DNA of 64,000 bases from Minwuia thermotolerans (GTDB lineage: Bacteria > Pseudomonadota > Alphaproteobacteria > Minwuiales > Minwuiaceae). Numbering within the stretch: position 1 is the first letter of the stretch; each line of letters starts with the position of its first letter. The position numbers were made by a program, and so were the translations under genes. The notes below the pieces were generated by a model, which searched no databases, was not told where the DNA came from, and saw nothing but the letters and a program-made list of their open reading frames with translations. This document shows positions 10,363-20,137 of the stretch, in pieces. Location of the stretch: contig BQJF01000012.1 in NCBI GenBank assembly GCA_021604565.1, positions 6,429-70,428 on the forward strand. The letters run 5' to 3'.

Positions 10363-10483
10363 CGGGGACCACCTTGCGGGTTTCCTTCGTGGGGGGCGGG
10401 ATGTCCCATGTGGCGACGAACACGGCGCCAGCGGCACCGAGCACAATGACCAGCAGGAACAGGAAGAGGAACAGACGTCGCAT
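10343..10483 (-). CDS. 46-aa single-pass membrane protein, missed by the ORF track
   Basis: MRRLFLFLFLLVIVLGAAGAVFVATWDIPPPTKETRKVVPDERFPR*; positive N-terminus, one TM helix, overlaps the start of the next gene. Confidence 0.75.
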   Translation of the reverse strand: MRRLFLFLFLLVIVLGAAGAVFVATWDIPPPTKETRKVVPDERFPR

Positions 10484-10654
10484 GGGGCCGTGGGATACTC
10501 CGGTCGGTGTGCGATGACAGTGTCGGACAGGCAGTCCATCACCCTATAGAGCTTGACGGACGGTGTCGGCAGTGTATCGACGGGGTGAGAGGCTTTCAAT
10601 TGCAGTCACCAGCGCTGCATCGCAACTGAAAATGACGAAGGACACTGCAGTTTC

Positions 10655-11254
10655 ATGGTTCGGGAGGCGGCTCAAGGCGTCATGTTCGAGGGCGCGGGTG
10701 AGGCACGGGAAGACGACCGGCGTTCCCTGGTGCTTGTCGGTCTGATGGGTGCGGGCAAGAGCACCGTGGGTCGTCGCCTTGCCCAGCGCCTCAACCTGCG
10801 CTTCGTTGATGCCGATGACGAGATCGAGGCTGCGGCCGGCATGACCATCCCGGAGATCTTCGAGCGTTATGGCGAGGCGCATTTCAGGGACGGGGAACGC
10901 CGCGTCATCAGACGACTGCTGCAGGAACCGCGTCAGGTCATCGCCACGGGAGGCGGCGCCTTCATGAACGATGAAACACGGGCCCTGATCGCCGCTGAAG
11001 CGATATCCATATGGCTCAAGGCAGACTTGGATACCCTTGTCCGCCGCTGTGCGAAGCGGACAGACCGTCCCCTGCTGCGCGGACGGAACCAGCGTGACAC
11101 GCTGGCTGACCTGATGCAGCAACGCTATCCCGTCTACGAGACCTCCGACCTGATGGTGGAAAGCGGCGGGGATACCCACGATGTAGTGGTGGACCGGATC
11201 ATCGGCGCATTGGGTCAGCCTGTCGAACCCGGGGACAGGACGGTGCAGCGATGA
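10655..11254 (+). CDS. aroK: Shikimate kinase
   Basis: LVGLMGAGKSTVG P-loop, FVDAD, GEAHFRDGE, IATGGG, RPLL; true start may be 10682. Confidence 0.95.
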   Translation: MVREAAQGVMFEGAGEAREDDRRSLVLVGLMGAGKSTVGRRLAQRLNLRFVDADDEIEAAAGMTIPEIFERYGEAHFRDGERRVIRRLLQEPRQVIATGGGAFMNDETRALIAAEAISIWLKADLDTLVRRCAKRTDRPLLRGRNQRDTLADLMQQRYPVYETSDLMVESGGDTHDVVVDRIIGALGQPVEPGDRTVQR

Positions 11255-12357
11255 CGGCCATCGTGCATGTCGCGCTCGGTGCGCGATCATACGACATCCA
11301 CATCGGCACCGATGTACTGGCGCGGGCCGGACAGTTCATCGCTCCGCAACTGCGCCGCCCCCGTGTTGCCGTCGTCACGGACGAGAATGTGGCGATGGCC
11401 CAGTTGCCCGCGCTGACCGATGCCTGCACGGCAGCAGGGATAGAGACGGTCTGCCTGACACTGCCCGCTGGCGAAGGCACCAAGGACTTTGCCCGACTGG
11501 AGCGACTGACGCGCTGGCTGATCACACAGCGTGTGGGACGCGACGACATGATCGTGGCCCTGGGCGGCGGCGTCATCGGTGACCTGACCGGGTTCGCGGC
11601 GGCGATCCTGCGACGCGGGACCGGCTTCATCCAAATTCCCACAACGCTTCTGGCGCAGGTCGACAGTTCAGTCGGCGGCAAGACAGCGATCAACACCCCC
11701 GAAGGCAAGAACCTGGTCGGTGCCTTTCATCAGCCGAGCCTGGTACTTGCCGATACCTCGACCCTGGACAGCCTGCCCGAGCGCGAGGTGCTGGCGGGCT
11801 ATGCAGAGGTGGTGAAATACGGCCTGCTGGGTGACAGGGCATTCTTCGAATGGCTCGAGGTCCATGGCAGGCAGGTCATCGCAGGCGATCCCGCTGCGCG
11901 GGAGGAAGCCGTCGCCAGAAGCTGTCAGGCCAAGGCCGATATCGTGGCAGCGGACGAGCGCGAGAACGACCAGCGCGCCCTGCTGAACCTCGGCCACACC
12001 TTCGGTCACGCACTGGAGGCGGAAGGTGGTTATGACGGTCGCCTGCTGCATGGGGAGGCCGTGGCCATCGGCATGGTGCAGGCCCTGGATTTCTCGGTCA
12101 GCCAGGGTCTTTGCCCAGGCCAGGACGCGGAACGCGCGCGCCGCCACCTGCAGGCGGTGGGCCTGCCGACCCGTCCCGCCGACTGCGGCCTGGGCGATAT
12201 TCCGGTCGCGCGACTGCTCGACCACATGGCACAGGACAAGAAGGTGCGCGACGGACGCCTCACCTTCGTCCTGGCGCGCGGCATCGGCGAAGCCTTCGTC
12301 ACGCGCGATGTCGATGCAGCAAGGCTGCAGTCCTTTCTCGAAACGGAACCGAACTGA
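11251..12357 (+). CDS. aroB: 3-dehydroquinate synthase
   Basis: ALGGGVIGDLTGF, PTTLLAQVDSSVGGKTAIN, KNLVGAFHQP, LNLGHTFGHALE, LHGEAV. Confidence 0.97.
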   Translation: MTAIVHVALGARSYDIHIGTDVLARAGQFIAPQLRRPRVAVVTDENVAMAQLPALTDACTAAGIETVCLTLPAGEGTKDFARLERLTRWLITQRVGRDDMIVALGGGVIGDLTGFAAAILRRGTGFIQIPTTLLAQVDSSVGGKTAINTPEGKNLVGAFHQPSLVLADTSTLDSLPEREVLAGYAEVVKYGLLGDRAFFEWLEVHGRQVIAGDPAAREEAVARSCQAKADIVAADERENDQRALLNLGHTFGHALEAEGGYDGRLLHGEAVAIGMVQALDFSVSQGLCPGQDAERARRHLQAVGLPTRPADCGLGDIPVARLLDHMAQDKKVRDGRLTFVLARGIGEAFVTRDVDAARLQSFLETEPN

Positions 12358-13649
12358 TGGAAAGCGCCGGCACTGACATGTCCTCTATCGACTGGAGTCT
12401 GGTTATCTCCATTGCCGCCATTGTCCTGCTGCTGGTGATGTCGGCGTTCTTTTCCGGCTCCGAAACCGCGCTGACCGCGTCCTCGCGCGCCCGGATGCAT
12501 CACATGGAACGGCTGGGCAACAAGAAGGCGCACCTGGTCAACCGGCTGACTGAGGACAAGGAACGGCTGATCGGATCGATCCTGCTCGGCAACAACCTGG
12601 TCAACATCCTCGCCTCCGCGCTGGCCACAAGCGTGCTCATCGCGCTCGTAGGCGACGCTGCGGTCGCCATAGCCACCGTGGCGATGACGCTGCTGGTGCT
12701 GATCTTTGCCGAGGTGCTGCCCAAGACATACGCGATCCGCAACCCGGACCGCTTTGCCCTTGCCGTTTCCCCCGTCGTGGCCTTCCTGGTCCGCGCGCTT
12801 TCGCCCGCCGTGATCGCGGTCGAGGCAATCGTCCGTGTGGCCCTGCGCGTGCTTGGCGCCCGGCAGGACGGCGACGACACCTACGACGTGGCCGATGAGC
12901 TGCGCGGACAGATCGAACTGCATCACCGCGAAGGCGGCGTGCGCAAGACGGCCAAGGACATGCTCGGTTCGATCCTGGAGCTGGATGACGTTTTCGTCTC
13001 CGAGATCATGATGCATCGCAGGCGCATCAAGACCCTGAACATCGACGACCCGCCGGAAGCGATCGTGGGTGCGGCACTGGACAGCAACTTCACCCGCATT
13101 CCGCTCTGGCAGAATGACCAGGAGAACATCGTCGGCGTCCTGCACGCCAAGGACCTGGCCCGCGCGCTGTCGAAGAACAACGGCGACGCAGCCACACTCG
13201 ACATCACCTCGGTGGCGCGGGAACCCTGGTTCGTGCCGGAGACGGCTTCCCTGCGCGAACAGCTCAATGCGTTCCGTCGCAGGCGCGCACATTTCGCGCT
13301 CGTGGTTGATGAGTATGGCGCGCTGAAAGGCATCGTCACGCTGGAAGACATCCTGGAGGAAATCGTCGGCGACATCTCCGACGAACATGACGCGGTGACA
13401 GCCGGCGTCCGCCCGCTGCCGGACGGCACCTACGAGGTCGAGGGATCCGTGACCATTCGCGACCTGAACCGCCGGTTCGACTGGAACCTGCCCGATGAAG
13501 AGGCATCGACGATTGCCGGGCTGGTGATCTATGAGGCGCAGGTCCTGCCGGAAATCGGTCAGGTCTTCCGGTTCCATGATTTCACGTTCGAGATCCTGGA
13601 GCGCCGACGGCACCGCATCAATCGCCTGAAAGTCACGCCGCCCGAATGA
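12357..13649 (+). CDS. HlyC/CorC (CNNM-CBS-CorC) family transporter
   Basis: SAFFSGSETA, LLGNNLVNI, FAEVLPK, CBS pair, VVDEYG and TLEDILEEIVGDI; ATG overlaps the aroB stop. Confidence 0.93.
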   Translation: MESAGTDMSSIDWSLVISIAAIVLLLVMSAFFSGSETALTASSRARMHHMERLGNKKAHLVNRLTEDKERLIGSILLGNNLVNILASALATSVLIALVGDAAVAIATVAMTLLVLIFAEVLPKTYAIRNPDRFALAVSPVVAFLVRALSPAVIAVEAIVRVALRVLGARQDGDDTYDVADELRGQIELHHREGGVRKTAKDMLGSILELDDVFVSEIMMHRRRIKTLNIDDPPEAIVGAALDSNFTRIPLWQNDQENIVGVLHAKDLARALSKNNGDAATLDITSVAREPWFVPETASLREQLNAFRRRRAHFALVVDEYGALKGIVTLEDILEEIVGDISDEHDAVTAGVRPLPDGTYEVEGSVTIRDLNRRFDWNLPDEEASTIAGLVIYEAQVLPEIGQVFRFHDFTFEILERRRHRINRLKVTPPE

Positions 13650-13709
13650 GGTTGCAGGGCGGGACCGATGCCGGATACGGGCCGCCCTCCCCCCTGAATC
13701 AGGGACCGG

Positions 13710-14222
13710 TCAGGCGCTGCGCATGCTGTCGGGGCCGAGGCTCACGCGGGTGGTGCGGCCCATCAGGTCGAGCAGAACCCAGACACGCTGATCGGGATCG
13801 ATACGTTCCACCCTGCCAATGAAATCGGTGAAGGCGCCAGCGGTGACCCTGACTGCATCGCCGGGCCGCACGGTGACCTCCGCCAGCAGCTTGCCGTCGG
13901 CATCGCAGCGCGCCAGTAGCGACGTCATCAGTTCATCCGGGACCGGCGCGGGTTTCGCGCCAAAGCGGACCAGCCTGGTGATGCCATAGGTGCTGTTGAT
14001 GGCACTCCACCCACCGGCTTCCATATCGAAGGCAACGAAGAGATAACCCGGGAACAGCGGTGTGGAGCGGGTGACGAAACTGCCGCCCTGCCGTGTCGTG
14101 AGGTCCTGCAGAGGCAGGAACGTGCGGAAGCCCTGCCGGTCCAGATTGCGCAACGCAATGCGCTGGCAGTTGGGTTTCAACTGCGCCAGATACCACCGCT
14201 CAGCAGTTTCGGTCGATGTCAT
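13710..14222 (-). CDS. rfaH: RfaH-like specialised NusG paralogue (antiterminator)
   Basis: WYLAQLKP, QGFRTFLP, PLFPGYLFV, INSTYGITRLVRFG NGN domain plus KOW domain GDAVRVTAGAF; divergent from the polysaccharide cluster. Confidence 0.85.
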   Translation of the reverse strand: MTSTETAERWYLAQLKPNCQRIALRNLDRQGFRTFLPLQDLTTRQGGSFVTRSTPLFPGYLFVAFDMEAGGWSAINSTYGITRLVRFGAKPAPVPDELMTSLLARCDADGKLLAEVTVRPGDAVRVTAGAFTDFIGRVERIDPDQRVWVLLDLMGRTTRVSLGPDSMRSA

Positions 14223-14468
14223 CGGCCTCTCGTTCGGGCAAGTGATTGCTCAACAATGAACATTGCATCCGCTGTGGTCGATTTGAAGTGCGAAGCATCA
14301 CGTCAGGTGCGTCATCGTGGCCCGTGAGCCGTGGCTCCGGAAGCCGTCACAACGCTTGCGTGGACTAGATCGCTCAATTATGAACACCGCATGTTCTGCA
14401 CCGATTCGCAGGCTCAACGCCCCTATCGGACTTCGCGACGTCTCCGGCGCACCACAGTGTGCCCCGGT

Positions 14469-14480
14469 GCGGTAGCCGTG
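14469..14480 (+). promoter_or_regulatory. ops/JUMPstart-like element
   Basis: GCGGTAGCCGTG about 45 nt upstream of the first operon gene; resembles enterobacterial ops GGCGGTAGCGTG and is preceded by CAGTGT as in JUMPstart. Confidence 0.55.
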
Positions 14481-14524
14481 GTGAAACAGATTTCACGCCC
14501 GGGCACAAGGCCCGTCACCCCCTG

Positions 14525-14905
14525 ATGGCTGGCAGTCGCAAGACATCTCAGGAAGATGTGCACTTCCGCGTGCTGCGCCTGCTGGAGGAAAATCCGGAAA
14601 TGAGCCAGCGCGACCTGGCGCAGGCCGTCGGAATCAGTGTCGGCGGCGCGCACTATTGCCTGAATGCGCTGATCGAGAAGGGTCTGATCAAGATCGGCAA
14701 TTTCTCTGCCGCACGGGACAAGCGTCGCTATGCCTACATCCTGACGCCCAAGGGCATCGCGGAGAAATCGGCACTGACCGGACGCTTCCTGAAGCGCAAG
14801 ATGGCCGAGTACGAGGCGCTGAAGGCCGAGATCGATGCCCTGAAGGTCGAACTGGAACCGACCATGGACGACTCCGCGCCCCGGAAGCAGGCGCAGCAGA
14901 AATGA
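14525..14905 (+). CDS. MarR-family EPS-associated transcriptional regulator
   Basis: FRVLRLLEENPEMSQRDLAQAVGISVGGAHYCLNALIEKGLIKIGNF...KRRYAYILTPKGI...EYEALKAEI. Confidence 0.9.
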   Translation: MAGSRKTSQEDVHFRVLRLLEENPEMSQRDLAQAVGISVGGAHYCLNALIEKGLIKIGNFSAARDKRRYAYILTPKGIAEKSALTGRFLKRKMAEYEALKAEIDALKVELEPTMDDSAPRKQAQQK

Positions 14906-15906
14906 CCCGCGTACTCGTAACCGGCGGCGCAGGCTACATCGGCGCCCATACCTGCAAGGTGCTGGCGCAGGCGGGTCACGAACCGATCGTGTATGACAAT
15001 CTGGTCCATGGTCACCGTCACGCCGTGCAGTGGGGACCGTTTGCTGAGGGCGACATCCAGGACCGTACGCGGCTGGATGCGGTCATTGCCGAACATGCGC
15101 CGGAGGCAGTCATCCATTTCGCCGCCTTTGCCTATGTCGGCGAGTCGGTGACAGATCCAGGCAAGTACTATCGCAACAATGTGGCCGGCACCCTGAGCCT
15201 GTTGGAGGCGATCCGCGATCACGGCATTGCACACCTGGTCTTCTCCAGCACCTGCGCGACCTATGGCGTACCGGAGAGCGTTCCGATCACGGAAGACGCG
15301 CCACAACATCCGATCAATCCCTATGGCCAGTCGAAGCTGACTGTGGAGCGAATGATGGCCGATTTCGGGCGCGCCCACGGTCTGGGCTGGATCGCCCTGC
15401 GCTACTTCAATGCCTCGGGCGCGGACCCGGATGGCGAGACCGGAGAAGATCACACACCCGAAACCCATCTGATCCCGCTGATCCTGGATGCCGCGACGGG
15501 TCGCCGGCCCGCCATTACCGTCTTTGGCGACGACTACGACACGCCGGACGGAAGTTGCATCCGCGACTACATCCACGTGACCGACCTGGCCGACGCGCAT
15601 CTGCGTGCGCTGGAGGGGTTGCAGCGCGGCCTGCCCTCCGGGGCGTTCAACCTGGGGAACGGCACCGGATATTCGGTCTTCGAGGTCATTCAGGCCGTGG
15701 AACGGGTCACCGGCCTTACCGTGCCGGTGGAGGTCGGCCCGCGTCGCCCGGGCGACCCTGACCGTCTTGTCGGCAGCGCGGAGAAGGCGCGCCGGGAACT
15801 GGGCTGGCAGCCGCGATTTGCTGCACTGGACGAGATCATCCGCACCGCCTGGACCTGGCACGGAAAGCTCCATGGCCGCACCGAAGCGACGGGCTTGCGC
15901 GCCTGA
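14902..15906 (+). CDS. galE: UDP-glucose 4-epimerase
   Basis: VLVTGGAGYIGAH, FSSTCATYG, PINPYGQSK, LRYFNASGA, THLIP, DGSCIRDYIHVTDLA; ATG 14902 overlaps the MarR stop. Confidence 0.93.
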   Translation: MTRVLVTGGAGYIGAHTCKVLAQAGHEPIVYDNLVHGHRHAVQWGPFAEGDIQDRTRLDAVIAEHAPEAVIHFAAFAYVGESVTDPGKYYRNNVAGTLSLLEAIRDHGIAHLVFSSTCATYGVPESVPITEDAPQHPINPYGQSKLTVERMMADFGRAHGLGWIALRYFNASGADPDGETGEDHTPETHLIPLILDAATGRRPAITVFGDDYDTPDGSCIRDYIHVTDLADAHLRALEGLQRGLPSGAFNLGNGTGYSVFEVIQAVERVTGLTVPVEVGPRRPGDPDRLVGSAEKARRELGWQPRFAALDEIIRTAWTWHGKLHGRTEATGLRA

Positions 15907-16994
15907 TGCGCATCTACGCCCTGATCACGGATGCCTACGGGGGGCATGGCGGCGTCGCAGTCTACAATCGCGACCTGCTTTCCGCCTTCCTGCAACACCC
16001 CGGGGTGACAGAGGTGACCGCGGTCCCGCGGGTGATCAGTCACGCCATGGAGGCCCTGCCGGAGGGCCTGACCTATCGCACCGGCGCCGCCGGTGGCACT
16101 GCACGGTTCCTGGCGACCATCATCCGGGACCTGCCACGCATCGCGCGGAGCGACCTGATCTACTGCGGACACCTGAACCTCGCCCCCCTCGCCTGGGCGC
16201 TGGGCAAGCTGTTCGGCCGACCGGTGCTTGGCGCGCTCTACGGCATCGAGGCATGGCGTCCCTCCGGTCGTCGGATGACGTCCTGGGCCAGCCGCCACCT
16301 CACCCGCTACTATGCCATCAGCGCCTATACCCGTGACCGTTTCAAAGCCTGGTCCCGGGTTCCCGACACCCGCGTTGAACTGCTGCCCAATGCAATTCAC
16401 CTGCAGGAGTATGCCCCGGGCGAGAAATCCGAGGTTCTGGCTGCGCGCTTCGGGCTGGAGAACCGCAAGGTCCTGATGACGTTCGGTCGGCTGGTTTCGA
16501 AGGAACGCGCAAAGGGGTTCGATGAGGTGCTGCAGGTTCTGCCGTCCCTGGTGGCAGAGGATCCGACCATCGCCTATCTGATCGCCGGAGACGGCGACTA
16601 CCGGCGGCGGCTCGAGGAGCGGGTGGCCGAGTTGCATCTGGGCGAGCACGTCGTCTTCACCGGCTTTGTCGAAGAGGCGGAAAAGGCCGACCTCTATCGC
16701 CTCGCTGACCTTTACGTCATGCCCAGCCGGGGTGAAGGCTTCGGCTTCGTGTTCCTGGAGGCCATGGCGAGCGGCGTTCCCGTCATTGCGAGTTCGACAG
16801 ACGGCAGTCGTGATGCCGTGCGTGACGGCAAGCTGGGCGAAATGGTCGATCCGGACAAGCCGGAGGAACTGCTTGCCGCGATACGGCGCGGACTGAACGC
16901 GCCGCGCGGGGTTCCGGATGGCCTCTCCTATTTCGCCTTCGGCCAGTTCGCCGAGCGTGTGCGTGACATTCTGGACGGGATGGTGAAACGATGA
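15906..16994 (+). CDS. Glycosyltransferase family 4
   Basis: LYVMPSRGEGFGFVFLEAMASGVPVI (EX7E). Confidence 0.9.
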   Translation: MRIYALITDAYGGHGGVAVYNRDLLSAFLQHPGVTEVTAVPRVISHAMEALPEGLTYRTGAAGGTARFLATIIRDLPRIARSDLIYCGHLNLAPLAWALGKLFGRPVLGALYGIEAWRPSGRRMTSWASRHLTRYYAISAYTRDRFKAWSRVPDTRVELLPNAIHLQEYAPGEKSEVLAARFGLENRKVLMTFGRLVSKERAKGFDEVLQVLPSLVAEDPTIAYLIAGDGDYRRRLEERVAELHLGEHVVFTGFVEEAEKADLYRLADLYVMPSRGEGFGFVFLEAMASGVPVIASSTDGSRDAVRDGKLGEMVDPDKPEELLAAIRRGLNAPRGVPDGLSYFAFGQFAERVRDILDGMVKR

Positions 16995-17962
16995 GCGGGC
17001 AGGTCACGGCGCTGATCTGCGGTGTGTCCGGTCAGGATGGCGCCTATCTGGCCCGGCTGCTGCTCGACAAGGGCTATCGGGTCGTCGGCACCTCCCGCGA
17101 TGCCACGACCAGCAGCTTCGCCAATCTGGAACGCCTCGGCATCGCGAACCAGGTCGAAACCGCTTCCATGGTACTGACAGACTTCCGCAGTGTGCTGCAG
17201 ACCCTGAGTCGCTTCGAACCCGACGAGATCTACAATCTCGCCGGTCAGAGTTCGGTCGGTCTCTCCTTCCAGCAGCCCGTCGAGACCCTGGACAGTATCG
17301 CGGGCGGAACCATCAACCTGCTGGAGGCGGTGCGCTTCACCGGGCGGGCCATGAAGCTCTACAACGCCGGATCGAGCGAATGCTTCGGCGATACCGGTGG
17401 CAAGGCGGCGAACGAAGACACGGCCTTCCGCCCGCGCAGCCCCTATGCAACCGCGAAAGCGACCGCGCACTGGGCTGTCGCGAACTACCGTGAAGCCTAC
17501 GGCCTGCATGCCTGCACCGGTATCCTGTTCAATCATGAATCGCCGCTGCGCCCCGCCCGCTTCGTCACGCGCAAGATCGTCAACGGCGCCTGCCGCATCG
17601 CCCGCGACGGGGGCGGCGTGCTGCAGCTCGGCAACCTCTCGGTCAGCCGCGACTGGGGTTGGGCGCCGGAATATGTGGATGCGATGTGGCGGATGCTGCA
17701 GACCGACGTGCCAACGGACTATGTCATCGCCACCGGCAAGAGCCACACGCTGCAGGCCTTTTGCGACACGGTATTTGCCGAGCTTGGCCTGGACCCCGCC
17801 GCACATGTCGAAATGGACGAAGGCCTCAAGCGCCCCTCCGACATCGCGTTTGGCCAGGGCGATGCCAGCCGGGCCGCCCGCGACCTTGGCTGGTCGGCAG
17901 GATTTCAGATGAAGGAGATCGTGAAGGCCATGGTCGAGTCAGAGAAAGCCCTGCATGACTGA
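16991..17962 (+). CDS. gmd: GDP-mannose 4,6-dehydratase
   Basis: GVSGQDGAYLA, EIYNLAGQSSV, PRSPYATAK, GILFNHESPLR, FVTRKI, RDWGWAPEYV. Confidence 0.88.
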   Translation: MSGQVTALICGVSGQDGAYLARLLLDKGYRVVGTSRDATTSSFANLERLGIANQVETASMVLTDFRSVLQTLSRFEPDEIYNLAGQSSVGLSFQQPVETLDSIAGGTINLLEAVRFTGRAMKLYNAGSSECFGDTGGKAANEDTAFRPRSPYATAKATAHWAVANYREAYGLHACTGILFNHESPLRPARFVTRKIVNGACRIARDGGGVLQLGNLSVSRDWGWAPEYVDAMWRMLQTDVPTDYVIATGKSHTLQAFCDTVFAELGLDPAAHVEMDEGLKRPSDIAFGQGDASRAARDLGWSAGFQMKEIVKAMVESEKALHD

Positions 17963-18842
17963 GACAGACAGGACCGCCACGGGTCAGCCTGCCCCGCAGG
18001 ACAATGTACAGTGGACCCGTGTCATCCAGCCTCAGCGGGGCCTGTTTTCCGTGCCGCTTGCGGAGATCTGGGCCTATCGCGACCTGCTGCTGTTGCTGGT
18101 CCGGCGGGATTTCGTTGCGCTCTACAAGCAGACGGTACTGGGCCCGATCTGGTTCATCATCCAGCCCGTGATGATGACCATCGTGTTCACCATCGTCTTC
18201 GGCAACATCGCCAACATCTCCACCGACGGCGTGCCGCACACGGTGTTCTACTTGGCCGGCATCACCATGTGGACGTTCTTCGCCGATGCCTTCACCAAGA
18301 CGTCTGAGACTTTCATCATCAATGCCAACATCTTCGGCAAGGTTTATTTCCCGCGCGTCATCGTTCCACTGTCGGTGGTGCTGTCGGGGCTGCTGAAGTT
18401 TGCTGTCCAGTTCACCATCCTGATCGGTTTCGTCGCCTATTTCGCAGCGACGACGGAGATCGTGCGCCCGAACTGGGCTGTGCTGCTGCTGCCGCTGCTG
18501 TTGCTGATGATGGGCGCGCTGGGTCTCAGTCTCGGCATGATCATCTCCGCCCTGACCACCAAGTACCGGGATCTGCGGTTCCTGATGCAGTTCGGGGTCC
18601 AGTTGCTGATGTATGCAACGCCGGTGATCTATCCCGTCTCGTCCCTGCCTGATGCCTATCGGGTCTATATTCTGGCCAACCCCATCACACCCATCGTGGA
18701 AACCTTCCGCTATGCCTTTGTCGGGCGGGGAGACTTTGACCTGATGCACCTGGCCTACAGCGGTGGTGTGATCCTGACCTTGCTGATCCTGGCGACCGTG
18801 ATCTTCAATCAGGTCGAGAAGAATTTCATGGATACTGTCTGA
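17955..18842 (+). CDS. wzm: Polysaccharide ABC exporter permease (Wzm)
   Basis: YRDLLLLLVRRDF...YKQTVLGPIWFIIQP, KVYFPR, KYRDL, YATPVIYP, NPITPIVETFR. Confidence 0.92.
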   Translation: MTETDRTATGQPAPQDNVQWTRVIQPQRGLFSVPLAEIWAYRDLLLLLVRRDFVALYKQTVLGPIWFIIQPVMMTIVFTIVFGNIANISTDGVPHTVFYLAGITMWTFFADAFTKTSETFIINANIFGKVYFPRVIVPLSVVLSGLLKFAVQFTILIGFVAYFAATTEIVRPNWAVLLLPLLLLMMGALGLSLGMIISALTTKYRDLRFLMQFGVQLLMYATPVIYPVSSLPDAYRVYILANPITPIVETFRYAFVGRGDFDLMHLAYSGGVILTLLILATVIFNQVEKNFMDTV

Positions 18843-20137
18843 TGAGCACGCCCGCACTCAGGGTCGAGAACGTGTCCAAGATGTACCGTCTGGGCGAAGT
18901 CGGCACCGGCTCCCTGTCACATGACCTGAACCGGGTCTGGGCCCGTCTCCGCGGCCGCCCCGATCCCTATGCGCAGGTCGGTGCGGTGAACGACCGGGCC
19001 GGTGAAGGTACCAGGGACTTCGTCTGGGCCTTGCGTGACATCGATTTCGAGGTTGGCCAGGGCGAGATCGTCGGCATCATCGGGCGCAACGGCGCAGGCA
19101 AGTCCACCCTGCTGAAACTGCTGTCCCGGGTCACCGCCCCTACCGAAGGCAAGATCTTCATCAACGGACGCATCGCCAGCCTGCTGGAAGTCGGCACCGG
19201 GTTTCACCAGGACCTGACGGGGCGGGAGAATATTTTCCTCAATGGTGCCATCCTGGGCATGAACAAGCAGGAGATCCGCGCTCGCTTCGAGGAGATCGTC
19301 GAGTTCTCCGGCTGCGCGAAATACATCGACACGCCCGTGAAACGCTATTCCTCTGGCATGCATGTCCGCCTCGCCTTCGCCGTTGCCGCCCATCTGGAGA
19401 CCGATATCCTGATCGTCGACGAGGTGCTGGCCGTCGGCGACGCCGAATTCCAGCAGAAATGCCTGGGCAAGATGAAGGACCTGAGCACGAAGGGGCATCG
19501 GACCGTGCTTTTCGTCAGCCACAACATGGCCGCCGTCCGTCAGCTCTGCCCCCACTCGATCCTGATGAACCAGGGCACGGTGGTGAACAGCGGAGAGACC
19601 ACCGCAATCATCGAACAGTACATGACACTGGGCAGCGCCGCAGAGCGAGAGGTTTCGTGGGCGGCTGACGCGCGACCTTCCGGCGGCGCGCTGGCGCTGA
19701 ACAGCGTCCGTGTATGTGACCGCAACGGTAGCGTCGAGACGCCACTGAGCAGCGCGGACGATCTGTTCATCAATATCCACTTCGAACTGGCTGAAGCCGT
19801 CGCGAACCTCAGGGTCGGCATCTCGGTTCTCAATTCGGAAGGCGTGCTTCTTTTCCTCAGCAGTGACTTTGCTGCAGCCAAACCGGGTGGAACAAGGAGT
19901 CCAGGCAAGCATGTGAGCCGTGTTCGCCTTCCCGGGAGGATGCTGATCGCCGGACGCTACTCCCTGGAAGTTCACATCGAGATTCCTCGGACTCAGACTC
20001 TTGTGGACGGAGTCCTGTGCAACTTCGAGATCGCCGAGATGGCGCATGACAACTGGGGCCCCATGCTGGAATCCCGCACTCCTGGTGTTATCCATCCGGA
20101 ACTTGAATGGCAGACATTCATGACTTCTGAATCATGA
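18842..20137 (+). CDS. wzt: Polysaccharide ABC exporter ATPase (Wzt) with C-terminal extension
   Basis: GRNGAGKSTLL, LTGRENI, DTPVKRYSSGM, ILIVDEVLAVGD, plus about 170-aa beta-rich C-terminal domain. Confidence 0.93.
   Translation: MSTPALRVENVSKMYRLGEVGTGSLSHDLNRVWARLRGRPDPYAQVGAVNDRAGEGTRDFVWALRDIDFEVGQGEIVGIIGRNGAGKSTLLKLLSRVTAPTEGKIFINGRIASLLEVGTGFHQDLTGRENIFLNGAILGMNKQEIRARFEEIVEFSGCAKYIDTPVKRYSSGMHVRLAFAVAAHLETDILIVDEVLAVGDAEFQQKCLGKMKDLSTKGHRTVLFVSHNMAAVRQLCPHSILMNQGTVVNSGETTAIIEQYMTLGSAAEREVSWAADARPSGGALALNSVRVCDRNGSVETPLSSADDLFINIHFELAEAVANLRVGISVLNSEGVLLFLSSDFAAAKPGGTRSPGKHVSRVRLPGRMLIAGRYSLEVHIEIPRTQTLVDGVLCNFEIAEMAHDNWGPMLESRTPGVIHPELEWQTFMTSES

Noticed and set aside
12030-13613. 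527-aa minus-strand ORF and similar long antisense ORFs (4481..5917, 26523..28160, 42492..43682)
   Set aside because: Mirror frames of well-supported genes
13656-13688. GGGCGG...CCGCCC hairpin between convergent corC and rfaH-like genes
   Set aside because: Short imperfect stem without a U-tract on either strand; too weak to call
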